Source: Naegleria gruberi
Lineage: Eukaryota
DNA length: 64,000 bases
NCBI GenBank assembly: GCA_000004985.1
Contig: GG738890.1
Direction: 5' to 3' (one strand)
Positions 52,708-63,412 of the stretch are shown one piece after another. Under the pieces are notes generated by a model, which worked only from the letters and a program-made list of their open reading frames with translations, searched no databases and was not told where the DNA came from. The first letter of the stretch is position 1, and the number at the start of each line of letters is the position of its first letter. The position numbers and the translations under genes are program-made.

Positions 52708-53685
52708 ATGATGAAAAAATCAACTAATCAATACAACAAGAATAATTATCATCAAAATATGAATAATTCAAGAAGGCAAATACCTCAATCACAACAACAT
52801 CAATCGGTAGTTTCTTCTAATAATAATAATCAAACAATGAATAGGATAAACAATATAAATAATATGAACACCAATAGTGCAACAATTGGATCAAATTCTC
52901 AAAAGCCTTCAATTATTGTTCATCAAAGACTAAGATATCCTCCTGCTAGAAATGAGTTGAGTAAATATTATTCAATCCGAAACGCTGTTGATGATGAGCA
53001 GATGGCTGATGTTATATTTCCAACAATGAGATTAGCCTTCATTATTGTTAGCATTGATCATATTCACTTCCCTAATGAAAATAACAAGGAACACGGAGTT
53101 GCATCAAATACTGTAAATAATCAGAGAAAGGCTACAATAGAAGAGCTTGTCTCCATTGGATCATTCTTTGAAAGACCATTTGTAATATGTATGATTTCAA
53201 ATCCAACAATGCTTGGAAGATTTACCGAATTGCAAAATATATTCACTTCAAAAGTAGTGGAGAGACAAACTGTGAGAGAAATCTATGTTGAAAACTCAAA
53301 GAAAGAGAATAAGAAAGTGGTTGTTAAGGATGATACTTTTCCACCAACTCTATTCAGACCTCCTCAACTTCTTCTTTGTAGCTCTGTGAGTGGTATGATG
53401 AATTGTATTCAAGAGTTGACCAAAATAGAAAGCAGAAAGAGCAGGGTAAAGCAAACTGAACAAGAAATGTTAGAAGCTCCTCAATTTGCTCAACAAGTTG
53501 CAGAGCAGATCTTTACCAATTCTGAGATTGGACATGGGTTGTCCTCTTACGAAACTAGCATCCTCTTGCAGGGAATGGGATCTGTCTCCAATGTCATTCT
53601 TTCACAAAACTACCAAGAGATTATCAACAAAACTCCACTTGAAACAAGGAAGGCCAAACTTGTTTTTGAGTATTTCAACCAATAA
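52708..53685 (+). CDS. hypothetical protein with N/Q-rich N-terminus
   Basis: 325-aa ORF; globular C-terminal two-thirds, no domain recognised. Confidence 0.45.
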   Translation: MMKKSTNQYNKNNYHQNMNNSRRQIPQSQQHQSVVSSNNNNQTMNRINNINNMNTNSATIGSNSQKPSIIVHQRLRYPPARNELSKYYSIRNAVDDEQMADVIFPTMRLAFIIVSIDHIHFPNENNKEHGVASNTVNNQRKATIEELVSIGSFFERPFVICMISNPTMLGRFTELQNIFTSKVVERQTVREIYVENSKKENKKVVVKDDTFPPTLFRPPQLLLCSSVSGMMNCIQELTKIESRKSRVKQTEQEMLEAPQFAQQVAEQIFTNSEIGHGLSSYETSILLQGMGSVSNVILSQNYQEIINKTPLETRKAKLVFEYFNQ

Positions 53686-53689
53686 AGCG

Positions 53690-55486
53690 TTACAGTTTAT
53701 TCATTCTTCTTCCTTTAGCAGCTTGGCCGCTCTCTTTCATCCAAGCAATTGCCTTAGAGTTGAGAAGCACACTATTTCCCTTTATCCAAAGGCCATTATT
53801 AGGTCCAATGATAACTCCCTGCAATTGTTCATATCCTCTTGGTTTGTAGGTTGGAATGGAATCTTGCGAAATGGATTGAATAATTTGTGGAAGAGCTTGA
53901 TAAACGGTTTTTGCATGTTTGTGAGCACAAGTAGCAAGTTTAGTTTCCTTAACATTGGTGGCATCTCCAATTGCAAAGATATGATTGTAAGGTTTACCAT
54001 TTTCATCGAGTACTTGCATGCTTGGATTGACTTTCACGAATCCCTTCTCATCCAAACATTTGGAAAAGGTTGACTCCATAAAATCTGTTTGAGGTTTCAT
54101 ACCTGTACAGATAAAGCACACTGAGAAGCTTAAATTTGATTCCGTCTCCTCACCACTCTCACTCTTTGTGCGTACAGTGAAGGTGTATGGATCTTTCTGA
54201 GCTACAACTTGGCTCTTGAGTAGCACCTTAACATTACCCATTGTTTTGTAAATTTCAGAGACTGATTTGTGAGCTTCAGTGGATGGACGCATCAAAATGT
54301 CAGATCTCTGTATCAGAGTGACATTTTTCTTTTGATATTTTTCAGCTAGGAATCCAGCAACTTCTACACCAACATAACCTCCACCAATTACACATATTTC
54401 ATCTGCATGTTCTTTAGCATTTGAAATGAATTCATGAGATTCTACCAAGCTATCAGCACAATATGTATTTACAAATTTGATTTGGGAATCATTACTAATT
54501 GGTAACTCATTCCAACAAGTACATCCAGGTCCAACTACCAGATAATCATATCTGATAAAGTAGGTATTCTCTCGCTTACTTATTTTTCTAACATCCTCAT
54601 TCTCATTGATTATTTCCTTAGTTTCAAAAAAAACTCCAAACTTTGTGACATTGGTTGCAATTCCCTTAATACAAGTCACTGTTTCTGGGAGAGTTTTTTT
54701 GTGATCTACTGAAATATGATTAACATTATTCTTATCAGAAATAATTGTTGGATAAATTGGAACCAAATCAAGAGTTCCCTCCTTATCAATAACTGTTAAA
54801 TCGAATATTTCATTCAGAATACTCTTACAAATCTTATAACCGCTCATTCCTCCTCCAATTAAAACCAATTTGGGTTTTTGTAAAATCTTGAAAATATCAC
54901 TCTTTGATATCGTTGTACTATTTGATGATTGTGCATGTCCAATCCATCCCAAAACATTCATAATATTTACAAAAATCATTGAATCCTTCTCATTGAGATG
55001 CAACTGTGTACCAATCCAATCAATTAAATCACTCACTAAAAAGCAATGATAGGTCGTACTTCCAAACCATTGAAATCTCTTCTCTGACATTTTAACTCCA
55101 CTGTATGGCTTTTGAAATTCCTTAAAAACAATCATTTTGAGAGCTTTTACAAATTTTCCATCGAATAATTGTTCAAAAAATTCCTTTTTCATTTCTATTG
55201 ATGATGATTTTTCAATAATCATCTTTTCTATAATTTCCTTATCAATTAATTGTTTATATTCCGAAATTATTTGATCATTTAAAAATTCATCATCTTTTTG
55301 CATTCCGTGACTCTGATTTTCACTCATTTTCAATTCATTTTCATCAACATCTTGTAATTGTTCGGAAAAATCCAACACTTCTGTGGCAGCAGATTCAGTG
55401 GCCATGGTTGTTGTATTTTTTTGTGTTGTTGTAATGTTCTGTTGCAATGCATCCCAATATTTCAAGAGAATTAAATTTGTGCGCAC
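53690..55486 (-). CDS. FAD/NAD(P)-dependent pyridine-nucleotide-disulfide oxidoreductase (AIF/FSP1-like) with N-terminal DEP-like domain
   Basis: two Rossmann motifs (LVLIGGGMSGYKI, VIGGGYVGVEVAGFLA), FAIGDATNV FAD-binding end; N-terminal FQWFGSTTYHCFLVSDLIDWIGTQLHLNEKDSMIFVNIMNVLGWI resembles a DEP domain. Confidence 0.65.
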   Translation of the reverse strand: MRTNLILLKYWDALQQNITTTQKNTTTMATESAATEVLDFSEQLQDVDENELKMSENQSHGMQKDDEFLNDQIISEYKQLIDKEIIEKMIIEKSSSIEMKKEFFEQLFDGKFVKALKMIVFKEFQKPYSGVKMSEKRFQWFGSTTYHCFLVSDLIDWIGTQLHLNEKDSMIFVNIMNVLGWIGHAQSSNSTTISKSDIFKILQKPKLVLIGGGMSGYKICKSILNEIFDLTVIDKEGTLDLVPIYPTIISDKNNVNHISVDHKKTLPETVTCIKGIATNVTKFGVFFETKEIINENEDVRKISKRENTYFIRYDYLVVGPGCTCWNELPISNDSQIKFVNTYCADSLVESHEFISNAKEHADEICVIGGGYVGVEVAGFLAEKYQKKNVTLIQRSDILMRPSTEAHKSVSEIYKTMGNVKVLLKSQVVAQKDPYTFTVRTKSESGEETESNLSFSVCFICTGMKPQTDFMESTFSKCLDEKGFVKVNPSMQVLDENGKPYNHIFAIGDATNVKETKLATCAHKHAKTVYQALPQIIQSISQDSIPTYKPRGYEQLQGVIIGPNNGLWIKGNSVLLNSKAIAWMKESGQAAKGRRMNKL

Positions 55487-56022
55487 GAAGAGGAGTTTTT
55501 AACGAATATTTTGCCATCCGATTTAATAAGTGGACATTTGGCATGGATTGAGATTGGTTTTGGAAGAGGAATTGGAATTGCTGATGACATCCGCTTTCCA
55601 ATAGCCATGGGATTCATCTATTGAGTCTGTGCAAACACTTCTCAACACATTTCCCGCGCTTATTTACTGTTAGCTTTTCAATCATGAAGCTGTGGTAAAG
55701 TATCACCAAACATATGTGTCACAGTAGAAATCTTAATAATAACGATTCAGCAGCATAAATGAACATCTTATTCCCAGAATGTCAATCTTGGTCTATCTTT
55801 GGATCTCTCCAAATTTCTTAATAAATAACAAAATATCTAAGGGAACCATCTCCCTTTTTAGTAATTGTACAATGTGAACTATTTACTGTGAATGAACTTG
55901 TTGAGAGATACAGATGTGATGAACCTGCACAACACACAGTTTTGTAAACTCATACAATGTAGTGAGATGTAGTGAGTGTTGTGGTTCTGATTCAAAATAT
56001 CATTATCTGATTATATTCTTCT

Positions 56023-56204
56023 TTAACATTGACAGTAAGAACTCCAACTCTGATCTGCTCCTGCTTCCTCACTTGCTGAATTTTCTGGCGTTTTTGTCAC
56101 TCCTGGTATTATTATTGATTCCTTAGCTTTTGGCTTTAAATCATTATTCTCTACTTTGGTCAAAATTAGTTTTGTCAATTTGTTAAAAACATCAGAAACT
56201 CCAT
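56023..56204 (-). CDS. Rab-family small GTPase, exon 5
   Basis: hypervariable tail ending CQC (di-Cys geranylgeranylation motif); 100-nt GTATGT..TTCAG intron upstream. Confidence 0.75.
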
Positions 56205-56304
56205 CTGAATTTTTTTACAATATTTTTTCAATATTTCAATATCCAAGATTACAACATTTCAAATAATTGAATTAATATTGAATTAATTGAACTTGGAAAC
56301 ATAC

Positions 56305-56579
56305 CTCCTGTCACTGCAGAAGCTTCAAAAAATGCAGCATCCATATCATGTGCCAATTGAGATCCTCTCATGAAATTAACCTTTCTTTCATCTTCTTTAT
56401 CTTTTTTATTTCCAACTATAATGCAAGTAACATTATCATCACTCAATTCACGTGCATCCTCAATCCATCGTTTCACATTTTTAAATGATTCTTCATTGGT
56501 TATATCATAAACAACAATGGCACCAATTGCATCTCTATAATAACTTCTCACAACACTTCTATATCTTTCTTGACCTGCA
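56305..56579 (-). CDS. Rab-family small GTPase, exon 4
   Basis: (WD)TAGQERYRSV...YYRDAIGAIVVYDIT...IIVGNKKD...FFEASAVTG; Rab2/4/14-like. Confidence 0.8.
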
Positions 56580-56655
56580 CTGTTTAATGTTTCAATGTAT
56601 AATTTGTAAAAATTGTGATTTTTTTGTAAATTTTCAAATAATTTCATTTACGTAC

Positions 56656-56749
56656 GTATCCCAAATTTGAAGTTTAATTCGTTTTCCTCCGCAAATCACA
56701 TTTTTTGATCCAAATTCAACTCCGATGGTGTGTGTTTGGTCTTCATAGA
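56656..56749 (-). CDS. Rab-family small GTPase, exon 3
   Basis: [31 protein letters not shown]; GTACGT donor. Confidence 0.8.
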
Positions 56750-56792
56750 CTAGAAAATTGTCATGTTAGTTAAATAATAATGGAAAACTTAC

Positions 56793-56831
56793 AATTTGCT
56801 TCTAAATATCTTCGCATGACACATGACTTTC
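56793..56831 (-). CDS. Rab-family small GTPase, exon 2
   Basis: (G)KSCVMRRYLEAN; 39-nt exon between 48- and 43-nt introns. Confidence 0.65.
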
Positions 56832-56879
56832 CTATAGTTTGATAATGTTAATAAAATTGATGATGGAAAATAAATTTAC

Positions 56880-56943
56880 CTGCACCAGAGTCTCCGATAA
56901 CAATTAATTTAAAGCAATAATCCAAAGCGTTGGCTGTTGTCAT
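56880..56943 (-). CDS. Rab-family small GTPase, exon 1
   Basis: MTTANALDYCFKLIVIGDSGA(G) start of the P-loop; GTAAAT donor. Confidence 0.7.
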
Positions 56944-57592
56944 TTTTTTGAATTTTGGTTATTAAAATCAAACTGGCACCTGACAGTTAAAAATAGGAGG
57001 GATGACGTAAGAGCAGATTTTTGTTGACCTGCCACAATAACCATTATTTTTGCTATTTCACATCAAACATTCTCGATTCATCCAATATTCAACAATCCCA
57101 AAAAGTTTTCTAACATGTTAATTAACATTAAAAGCTAATCATGCCTTAATAAATGCAACATAAGCGATTCTCCGAAACGGTAAAGATTCAAATACCCTTT
57201 TTTACCTTTAACAAACTCAGTAAATAAAACCAAAGAGAGAAACCATATCAAAATCCCATTAGGGCATTCACACATTCCTCCATAGTGGAATGGACTCTCT
57301 TCTAAATCACTTGAGGTTTTTGTCTCTGCGCGCAAGGTTGATATCCTGGAAGGATTCAATTGACAATGAATTGTTGTTGTTGAGGCCGATAACAACAGAG
57401 TAAGGACCTCATCAGTAATGATAACCTTGATTCAGAGTCAAAATCTAAAGGCTTCCTCTAGCGGATAGAGTTGCGCTGATGATGGTTGCGTGATGGTCCA
57501 CTTTATATTGAGGTTCAAATGGCCGGATTATCAGCAACGCTCTTGGATGCTTAAAAAAAACATCAGCAATACATTGCTTTTCTCACTTGAAA

Positions 57593-57904
57593 ATGGGTGT
57601 TTCATGTTCAACAAACCTGCAACCATCAGTATCATCAGGATCAGATTTATCTAGCTATAAAAATCATAATAGACACACTTCTCCTGTTAAACTTAAAAAA
57701 TCAAATTCTACAGGAAATTATAATTCTAGTTCTTCTTCAAGGAGAAGTTCTTCGAGTAAACACAGATCCTCATCAAGAGGGGGAACAGCCTCTATGTCTG
57801 ATAAGGAGAGAAGAAGAAGAAGGAAAGAAGAGGAAAACAGTGCACCAGATAACTTCTCTCTTCGGGAAACAATGAGAAGAAGCTCGTCAGCTTACCTTGA
57901 ATAG
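57593..57904 (+). CDS. small S/R-rich basic protein with N-terminal MGxxxS myristoylation-type motif
   Basis: MGVSCSTN... then SSRRSSSSKHRSSSRGG...ERRRRRKEEE; low-complexity composition, so may not be a real gene. Confidence 0.3.
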   Translation: MGVSCSTNLQPSVSSGSDLSSYKNHNRHTSPVKLKKSNSTGNYNSSSSSRRSSSSKHRSSSRGGTASMSDKERRRRRKEEENSAPDNFSLRETMRRSSSAYLE

Positions 57905-58012
57905 TTTTTCATTCAAACCGTTTTTTCTTACCCTTACTTCCTTAATTTATTCCTTCTGTAAATATATCTTCACTAGTATTATTATCAATATGATACATTT
58001 ATAAATCGTTTA

Positions 58013-58480
58013 TTATAATAGTAGAGCTTCCCTTTTATCCTGATCAGACAGTTCTATAGAGTTGTACATGAAAGAGACATAGTTTTCACCAAATAAACCA
58101 TTATCTTCAGAGAATACAAGATGGTCGTATTCTTCAGAGTTTTGCCTCTTCATTTTGGCAACCATATCCACTGATCTCCATCCAAAGCTCTTCCACCAAT
58201 TGAAATAGTTATCAGCATGGAAATTTTGAATGTTATCACGAATCTTTTTCATTTCTGTAAGGTATTCTGATTGAGAGATTTGAATTGTTGCATTCAATGA
58301 TTGAATCCAACTTGTATCTGTTAGGGTTGGTCTCACATGGAAATAAATATTGTTAACAACCAACATATTTGTTGTCTTCCATTTAAGTGGTAGTTGAGGA
58401 AGACAGTTTTTCAATATTTTACAAGAGTATTTACAAAGTGCTTCTATATCTTCAACTTGAAGTACCTTTTTGAGAGTTCT
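58013..58480 (-). CDS. conserved-looking hypothetical protein (~810 aa, 5 exons), exon 5
   Basis: phase-0 continuation after a 51-nt GTAAGT..ACAG intron; ...NYFNWWKSFGWRSVDMVAKMK... Confidence 0.5.
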   Translation of the reverse strand, partial: RTLKKVLQVEDIEALCKYSCKILKNCLPQLPLKWKTTNMLVVNNIYFHVRPTLTDTSWIQSLNATIQISQSEYLTEMKKIRDNIQNFHADNYFNWWKSFGWRSVDMVAKMKRQNSEEYDHLVFSEDNGLFGENYVSFMYNSIELSDQDKREALLL

Positions 58481-58531
58481 CTGTTGTAAAATGTGAAATT
58501 AGAAATTAAATTTTGAAAGAATGATACTTAC

Positions 58532-58712
58532 ATGCATTTTGTGTTTTCTGATTAACTTTGACATTAAATATTGATCATCTTTTGTCATTTGATGAATAAT
58601 TCTTAAGGCTACTGTTAAAACATAAACATTTCTCCAATTTGGTTTAGGGAAATTACTACTATTACTACTACTGGTGCTAGATTGGGTGCTCCTTTGATCG
58701 CCTCTCATAAAA
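58532..58712 (-). CDS. hypothetical protein (5 exons), exon 4
   Basis: FMRGDQRS...NWRNVYVLTVALRIIHQMTKDDQYLMSKLIRKHKMH between AG|GTAAGT donor and TTCAAAG acceptor. Confidence 0.5.
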
Positions 58713-58757
58713 CTTTGAATAATTTGATTCAAAATTTCAAATAAATTCAAGACTTAC

Positions 58758-59068
58758 CTTACGTCAGCATTACATTCATCTTGTACAATGTAGGACTTAA
58801 CCTCCAAATCCAAAAGTCTAAATAAGAGCACTTGAGTATCTGCCTCTTCCAATAGGTGAATAAAGTATTTGGCTTGCATTTGGCAACTCTTTCTCCAATT
58901 CTTAATCATCAATAAAACCACTGATAGAATAGATTTCAATAAAATATTGCAATATCTTCTCTTTTGTTCAGTTCCAACAAATCCTGTTCCTAATTCACCT
59001 TTTGTGGTCTTGTCAAGCAATGTAAGAATTGTTAGAACAAAATCTGGTAAATCCTCAATCATTAATCT
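58758..59068 (-). CDS. hypothetical protein (5 exons), exon 3
   Basis: RLMIEDLPDFVLTILTLLDK...NWRKSCQMQAKYFIHLLEE...; 50-nt intron upstream. Confidence 0.5.
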
Positions 59069-59118
59069 CTATATTCAAGTTAGATGTCAAAGGTTAAAAT
59101 CAATTAATGCCAACTTAC

Positions 59119-60120
59119 GTATAACGTCTCAGTTGTACTTGGAGATTCTATCAAAGCTCTTGGAAGAGTTACGTTGGTCTTATTATTTTCCTTCTTTTCA
59201 GGAGCTCTGTTATAGATATCGATGGCTTCTTCAACCAGTTTTGAAGAAATATTATCTTGATTTTGCTTAATATAGGCAGCTTTGGTTTCTGTGCTCACCT
59301 TCAATTTGAGAGACTTGGCTCTTTCTTTTTCTAAAACCTTGGTTAGTTTTGTGTATCCCTTCTTCTTTTGAATATTGTCAACGTCACAAAGGAAGAGAAT
59401 ATGAAGAGTTTTGTGCATTAGCATACACAATTTTTTCAAACTATGAATATTGTAAATATCACTAACTTCATGGAAAAGAGTTTTCTTAACAAGTTTCACA
59501 AGAACCAAAAAGAAGTGTTCAGAATCTTGTTTCTGTCCATACTTGGTTCTGTTAACAACTCCTCTCTCAAATAAATCATACTTCAATTCTTCTAGAACAT
59601 CTTGAGATGGATTCCAAGATTGCATAGTAAGGAAAATATAAAGAATGTTAGAGTAAAGGTTGAACCATTTTTCCTTTTCCTTACACTCCTTTTCAAATTT
59701 CTCAGTATCTATGAGTCTTTTGATTTGAATGTCAGCCAATACAAATGCGTGATGTTTAAATGCCATAAGAATTGTTGGCAATGCATTTGATTCGAGTATA
59801 ATATTACAATTTGCTTTTGCAACAGATGTACTTCCTCCAGAACCTTGAGTTCCAACATAACCCATAACAATTGCCAATAAATGATATCCATATTCCCAGT
59901 GAGATCCCTCAATTTTAGAAATAATTTTATCCAATTCCTTGTCAATAGCTGTTGCACCTATACTTTTTAAAAGGTCAGAACCTTTACAAGTGTGAAAAGT
60001 GAGCGCCTCACTCTTATCAAAAAATTCATCACAAGCTTCCAATAATAGAGCATGACCTCTCTCAATATCACTTGTATAATCCTCAATAACTCCCTTTTTC
60101 ATTACTGTAATATTTTTCAA
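59119..60120 (-). CDS. hypothetical protein (5 exons), exon 2
   Basis: LKNITVMKKGVIEDYTSDIERGHALLLEACDEFF...; starts at a TTG codon (internal exon). Confidence 0.55.
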
Positions 60121-60160
60121 CTATTATAAAATGTAAACACCTCAAAATCATCATACATAC

Positions 60161-60643
60161 ATTTCCTGAAAACTTGGAAAATGAAAGATTCTTTTTTCTG
60201 GTTTTCAATCTTTTAAAAGCGCTTCCAAGAGCTTCTCCAGTTGATGGTTTTCCTTCTTCTTGTTGTTGGTTACTATTATTTTTAGGACTCGATACATCTT
60301 CCATTATTGGTTTGTTGTTGGTGGGTTTTGTATTCTTTTGTTGATGTTCTATTGGAGGTGAAGATGATCTAGTTGGAGCAAAACTCTCAACATCTCCATC
60401 CACAATTGATGATAAATATTTATCTTGTAATTTTCTGCCATTACTACTTGTTCCGATATTATTTTCAGAGGTAATGACCATATCATCATCATCCATCATT
60501 GATGAGGAATTTTGATCGACACTATTTGGACCAAGGGAAGGTGATTCATCACCTGTATTCATATCGGAAGGATAAGCCAAATAATGTTGATCTGCTTGCT
60601 GTTTGGCTAGCTGTTTAGAGAACGCAGCAGCAAATCTTTTCAT
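60161..60643 (-). CDS. hypothetical protein (5 exons), exon 1
   Basis: MKRFAAAFSKQLAKQQ..., S/N-rich; a 40-nt GTATGT..AATAG intron follows. Confidence 0.5.
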
Positions 60644-60753
60644 TTTTTAATAATTGAAATCTTTCATGTTTGTTCCTTATTCAGAAATCCATTTACTATT
60701 TAGAGTTCTTTAGAGAGTTTCTTAATGAAAATTATTACAACATTGCAAATTAT

Positions 60754-62010
60754 TTATTGTTCTGCTTTATAGGGTCCTGAGTAAGCTATGCCACTAACTA
60801 TCAATACAAAGAATATCGGAACACTCACACATAACAAGAGTACCAAGTTAAGAACACACAACATGTTGAATATTACAACACTGACATGACCTAGAGACCT
60901 AATTCTTGCAACACTTGAATGTCTGTATGGGAATAATAGAAGGAAAGGAAAACAGGAAAGAAATGGTAAACCTATAAAGAATAAGGCTACACTAATAATT
61001 ACTGCATTGGAAAATCTCTTCTCCACTGCTGAAACATAATCTCCATTTTCTTCAGTAATATGTATAGTGATTGTTGGTTGATTTACAGTTCGAAACATTG
61101 AGTTTTCATTGTTTGATGGGGAACCTTGAAGAGTTGGAATGTCTGGTAATGGTTGGTCAAGGGAAGGTCTGTATCTGTTAGCTGATGGAGATGCATGTGG
61201 GTCTGGTTTCGAATATGGGCTGCTTGTTTGCTGAAACGACATTGTGTCTGAAGCAGTGGATCCTCTTGGAAACAATGGATTGGAAAAGAATGGCTGAGTA
61301 GAAATAGAAGGACTTGGTGTTGGGCCTCCCAAATCAATATCATGAAAGTCATCATTATGTGAGACTGGAGAGAAGTGTTTCTGAGGTGTGGTTACGACTC
61401 GACTTGAAATATTGTTTGCATCGTTGAGTGTAACCTGATGATGAGATCCATACTGAACACCAGGTACATCATCTATGATAAGAGGAGGATGTTGATTATT
61501 TGAGCTTATTTCAATTACTGTTGCAGGAGCTTGTGTTGATTGTGAATTAAATTCGTCATCTGGGATATCAATATTATCAGTGCCAAATGGATCTTCTTCA
61601 TCCTGAACAATTTGTTCGGTTTCTCTGTTTCTTGGAGTAGCGTATGGGTTCTCGCAACCTACATATATTCCATTTTGATTACTGAGTACTAGATGATTAA
61701 TAGGCACTCCAACGGGTGGTGGAATGAAGTTTTGTTGATGTGGTTCTCCCACTGATGATGATTGATTTAATGTATCGGATGAGGTTGAAAAGGTAACTCC
61801 CAAAGGATTAAGGATACTCGTTGTTGTAGTCACCGTTGTCAATCCATCAACAGAAGTCGATGAATAAACAATAGGAATATTATTAGCTTGTTGATTAATT
61901 TCCCTACTAAGTGATTCATCATCATCGTTCTCCACTACGAGATTATTTGCTGAAGTCAAAGATGAAGATGACGATGACGAGTGAGAATTATTAAGAGGGT
62001 CAAGTCCCAT
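60754..62010 (-). CDS. S/T/P-rich membrane protein with two C-terminal TM helices
   Basis: 418-aa ORF; poly-S N-terminus, P-rich middle, C-terminal TMs AVIISVALFFIGLPFLSCFPFLLL and VVIFNMLCVLNLVLLLCVSVPIFFVLIVSGI. Confidence 0.5.
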   Translation of the reverse strand: MGLDPLNNSHSSSSSSSLTSANNLVVENDDDESLSREINQQANNIPIVYSSTSVDGLTTVTTTTSILNPLGVTFSTSSDTLNQSSSVGEPHQQNFIPPPVGVPINHLVLSNQNGIYVGCENPYATPRNRETEQIVQDEEDPFGTDNIDIPDDEFNSQSTQAPATVIEISSNNQHPPLIIDDVPGVQYGSHHQVTLNDANNISSRVVTTPQKHFSPVSHNDDFHDIDLGGPTPSPSISTQPFFSNPLFPRGSTASDTMSFQQTSSPYSKPDPHASPSANRYRPSLDQPLPDIPTLQGSPSNNENSMFRTVNQPTITIHITEENGDYVSAVEKRFSNAVIISVALFFIGLPFLSCFPFLLLFPYRHSSVARIRSLGHVSVVIFNMLCVLNLVLLLCVSVPIFFVLIVSGIAYSGPYKAEQ

Positions 62011-62365
62011 TGTTTTGTGTATTATTAAAATAAATATGCGTGCGTGAACATGGGTTCTATTGAGCGGCTTAAAAGAAATCTACTTGGTTTGAAAACCCAT
62101 TTAGAAGCTATATCCTTAAAGATCAGAATACATGAAAGATAAAATGGAAAGATTGATTCCCTAAATCACCATTCAAGATTATTAACCAATTCATTTTCTT
62201 TAGAATACTTATAAGCTACATAAGGTTTAACACTGAGAAAATGCATATAAAGAAGCACTATGGATTATTGGTTATTAAACATATTCGTTGTTAACAAGTA
62301 GTAATTTATTGCTATAAATGTTGTCAGTCTAGTATTTGAATAGAAAGTTATCATAGAAATATGTT

Positions 62366-62637
62366 ATGTCATATCTTTTAAATAATTCAAAGAAATATTT
62401 GCGCCAGAATTTTGAAAAAATGTCTATTGATGCATCCCAAGAAATATCACCAAATGATGATGGAATAATCCAACTAACCATTGAACCTCCTCCAACTTTA
62501 ACTTTGGAAGACAGCATCCCATCAAATAATCATCAATCTTCATCACTACTAGGAGAGGAATCTCATGTGAGAAATGAGGAAGGCTTACAAGTTGCAGTGC
62601 AAAATTCCAGTACCTCGGATTTAGGAAGCATTGAAAG
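62366..62637 (+). CDS. MFS transporter (MFSD4/NaGLT1-like), putative exon 1
   Basis: ATG-initiated ORF that joins the downstream open frame (which begins at TTG) through a 34-nt GTATCA..CCAG intron, phase 2; alternatively a uORF. Confidence 0.35.
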
Positions 62638-62671
62638 GTATCACTTCAAATGATGTACTGCTGGATACCAG

Positions 62672-63371
62672 TAGCTCCATTCCTGGAAACAATGATGAAG
62701 ACTATTCGAACGTGAAGCAGGAACAAACAATAACGAAAGAAGAAATTTTGGAACCAAAAATAGGAGTTACCTTTGCTGAGCCACTCGAAAAAGGAGATGA
62801 TAAGGTAGAATTAGAGGAATTGAAAAGAAAACTCAGAAAATTACAACTCAAGCACATGTTTTCACGATTGGTGTTAACTGTTGCTTATTTCATAATCATG
62901 TTTGCATTTGGAGCATCACAATCAATAGTTGGGCCTTGTTTGGCATTCCTTACAGTGAACGTGGGAGCAACCCCAGCAACAATAGGTTTTATTTTCACAC
63001 TTAAAGGTCTTGGTTCAATAACTGGTACTCTTTTTGGTGGAAAAGTTTTGGATATAATTGCTGAACAATTGTCAAACTTTAGAGGATTTCTGTATGAATG
63101 GAAAAAGAAAAGGCTGTTAAAGAATAATCCCTATTCAACAGATGCTCTCGATAGCGAAAAGGAGATTGGGAAAATAAGAGGCCTTACTCCATTCAAACAA
63201 TATATTGCAAGAAATTATGCAATTAATTCTTACTTTGCAACTTGTGTGCTTGTGTTGGTGGGCTCATTGGTGGCAACTCCTTTTGTTAGAAATTATGGGC
63301 TGTTGTTGTTTGTTTATTTCATGTTTGGGTTAGGCTCTGGCCTCACTGTTATGCAAGGAAATGTCTTGTGT
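62672..63371 (+). CDS. MFS transporter (MFSD4/NaGLT1-like), exon 2
   Basis: TM1-TM5 region: LVLTVAYFIIMFAFGASQSIVGPCLAFL..., FIFTLKGLGSITGTLFGGKVLD, MFGLGSGLTVMQGNVLC; GTAAGT donor at 63372. Confidence 0.7.
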
Positions 63372-63412
63372 GTAAGTACACTGTAAATTGCAGGTTAATA
63401 ATCTCTGTTAAG

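Noticed and set aside
57135-57395. ORF 57135..57395 (86 aa, minus strand)
   Set aside because: It lies in the GC-richer spacer upstream of the 57593 ORF with no start context or motif; probably not coding
57320-57400. Possible U6 snRNA-like element (ctgcgcgcaagg... resembles the U6 CCCCTGCGCAAGGATGACACGCA segment)
   Set aside because: The invariant U6 ACAGAGA box and the AGCA/GATTAGCATGG segment are absent; the similarity is limited to a 10-nt GC-rich string
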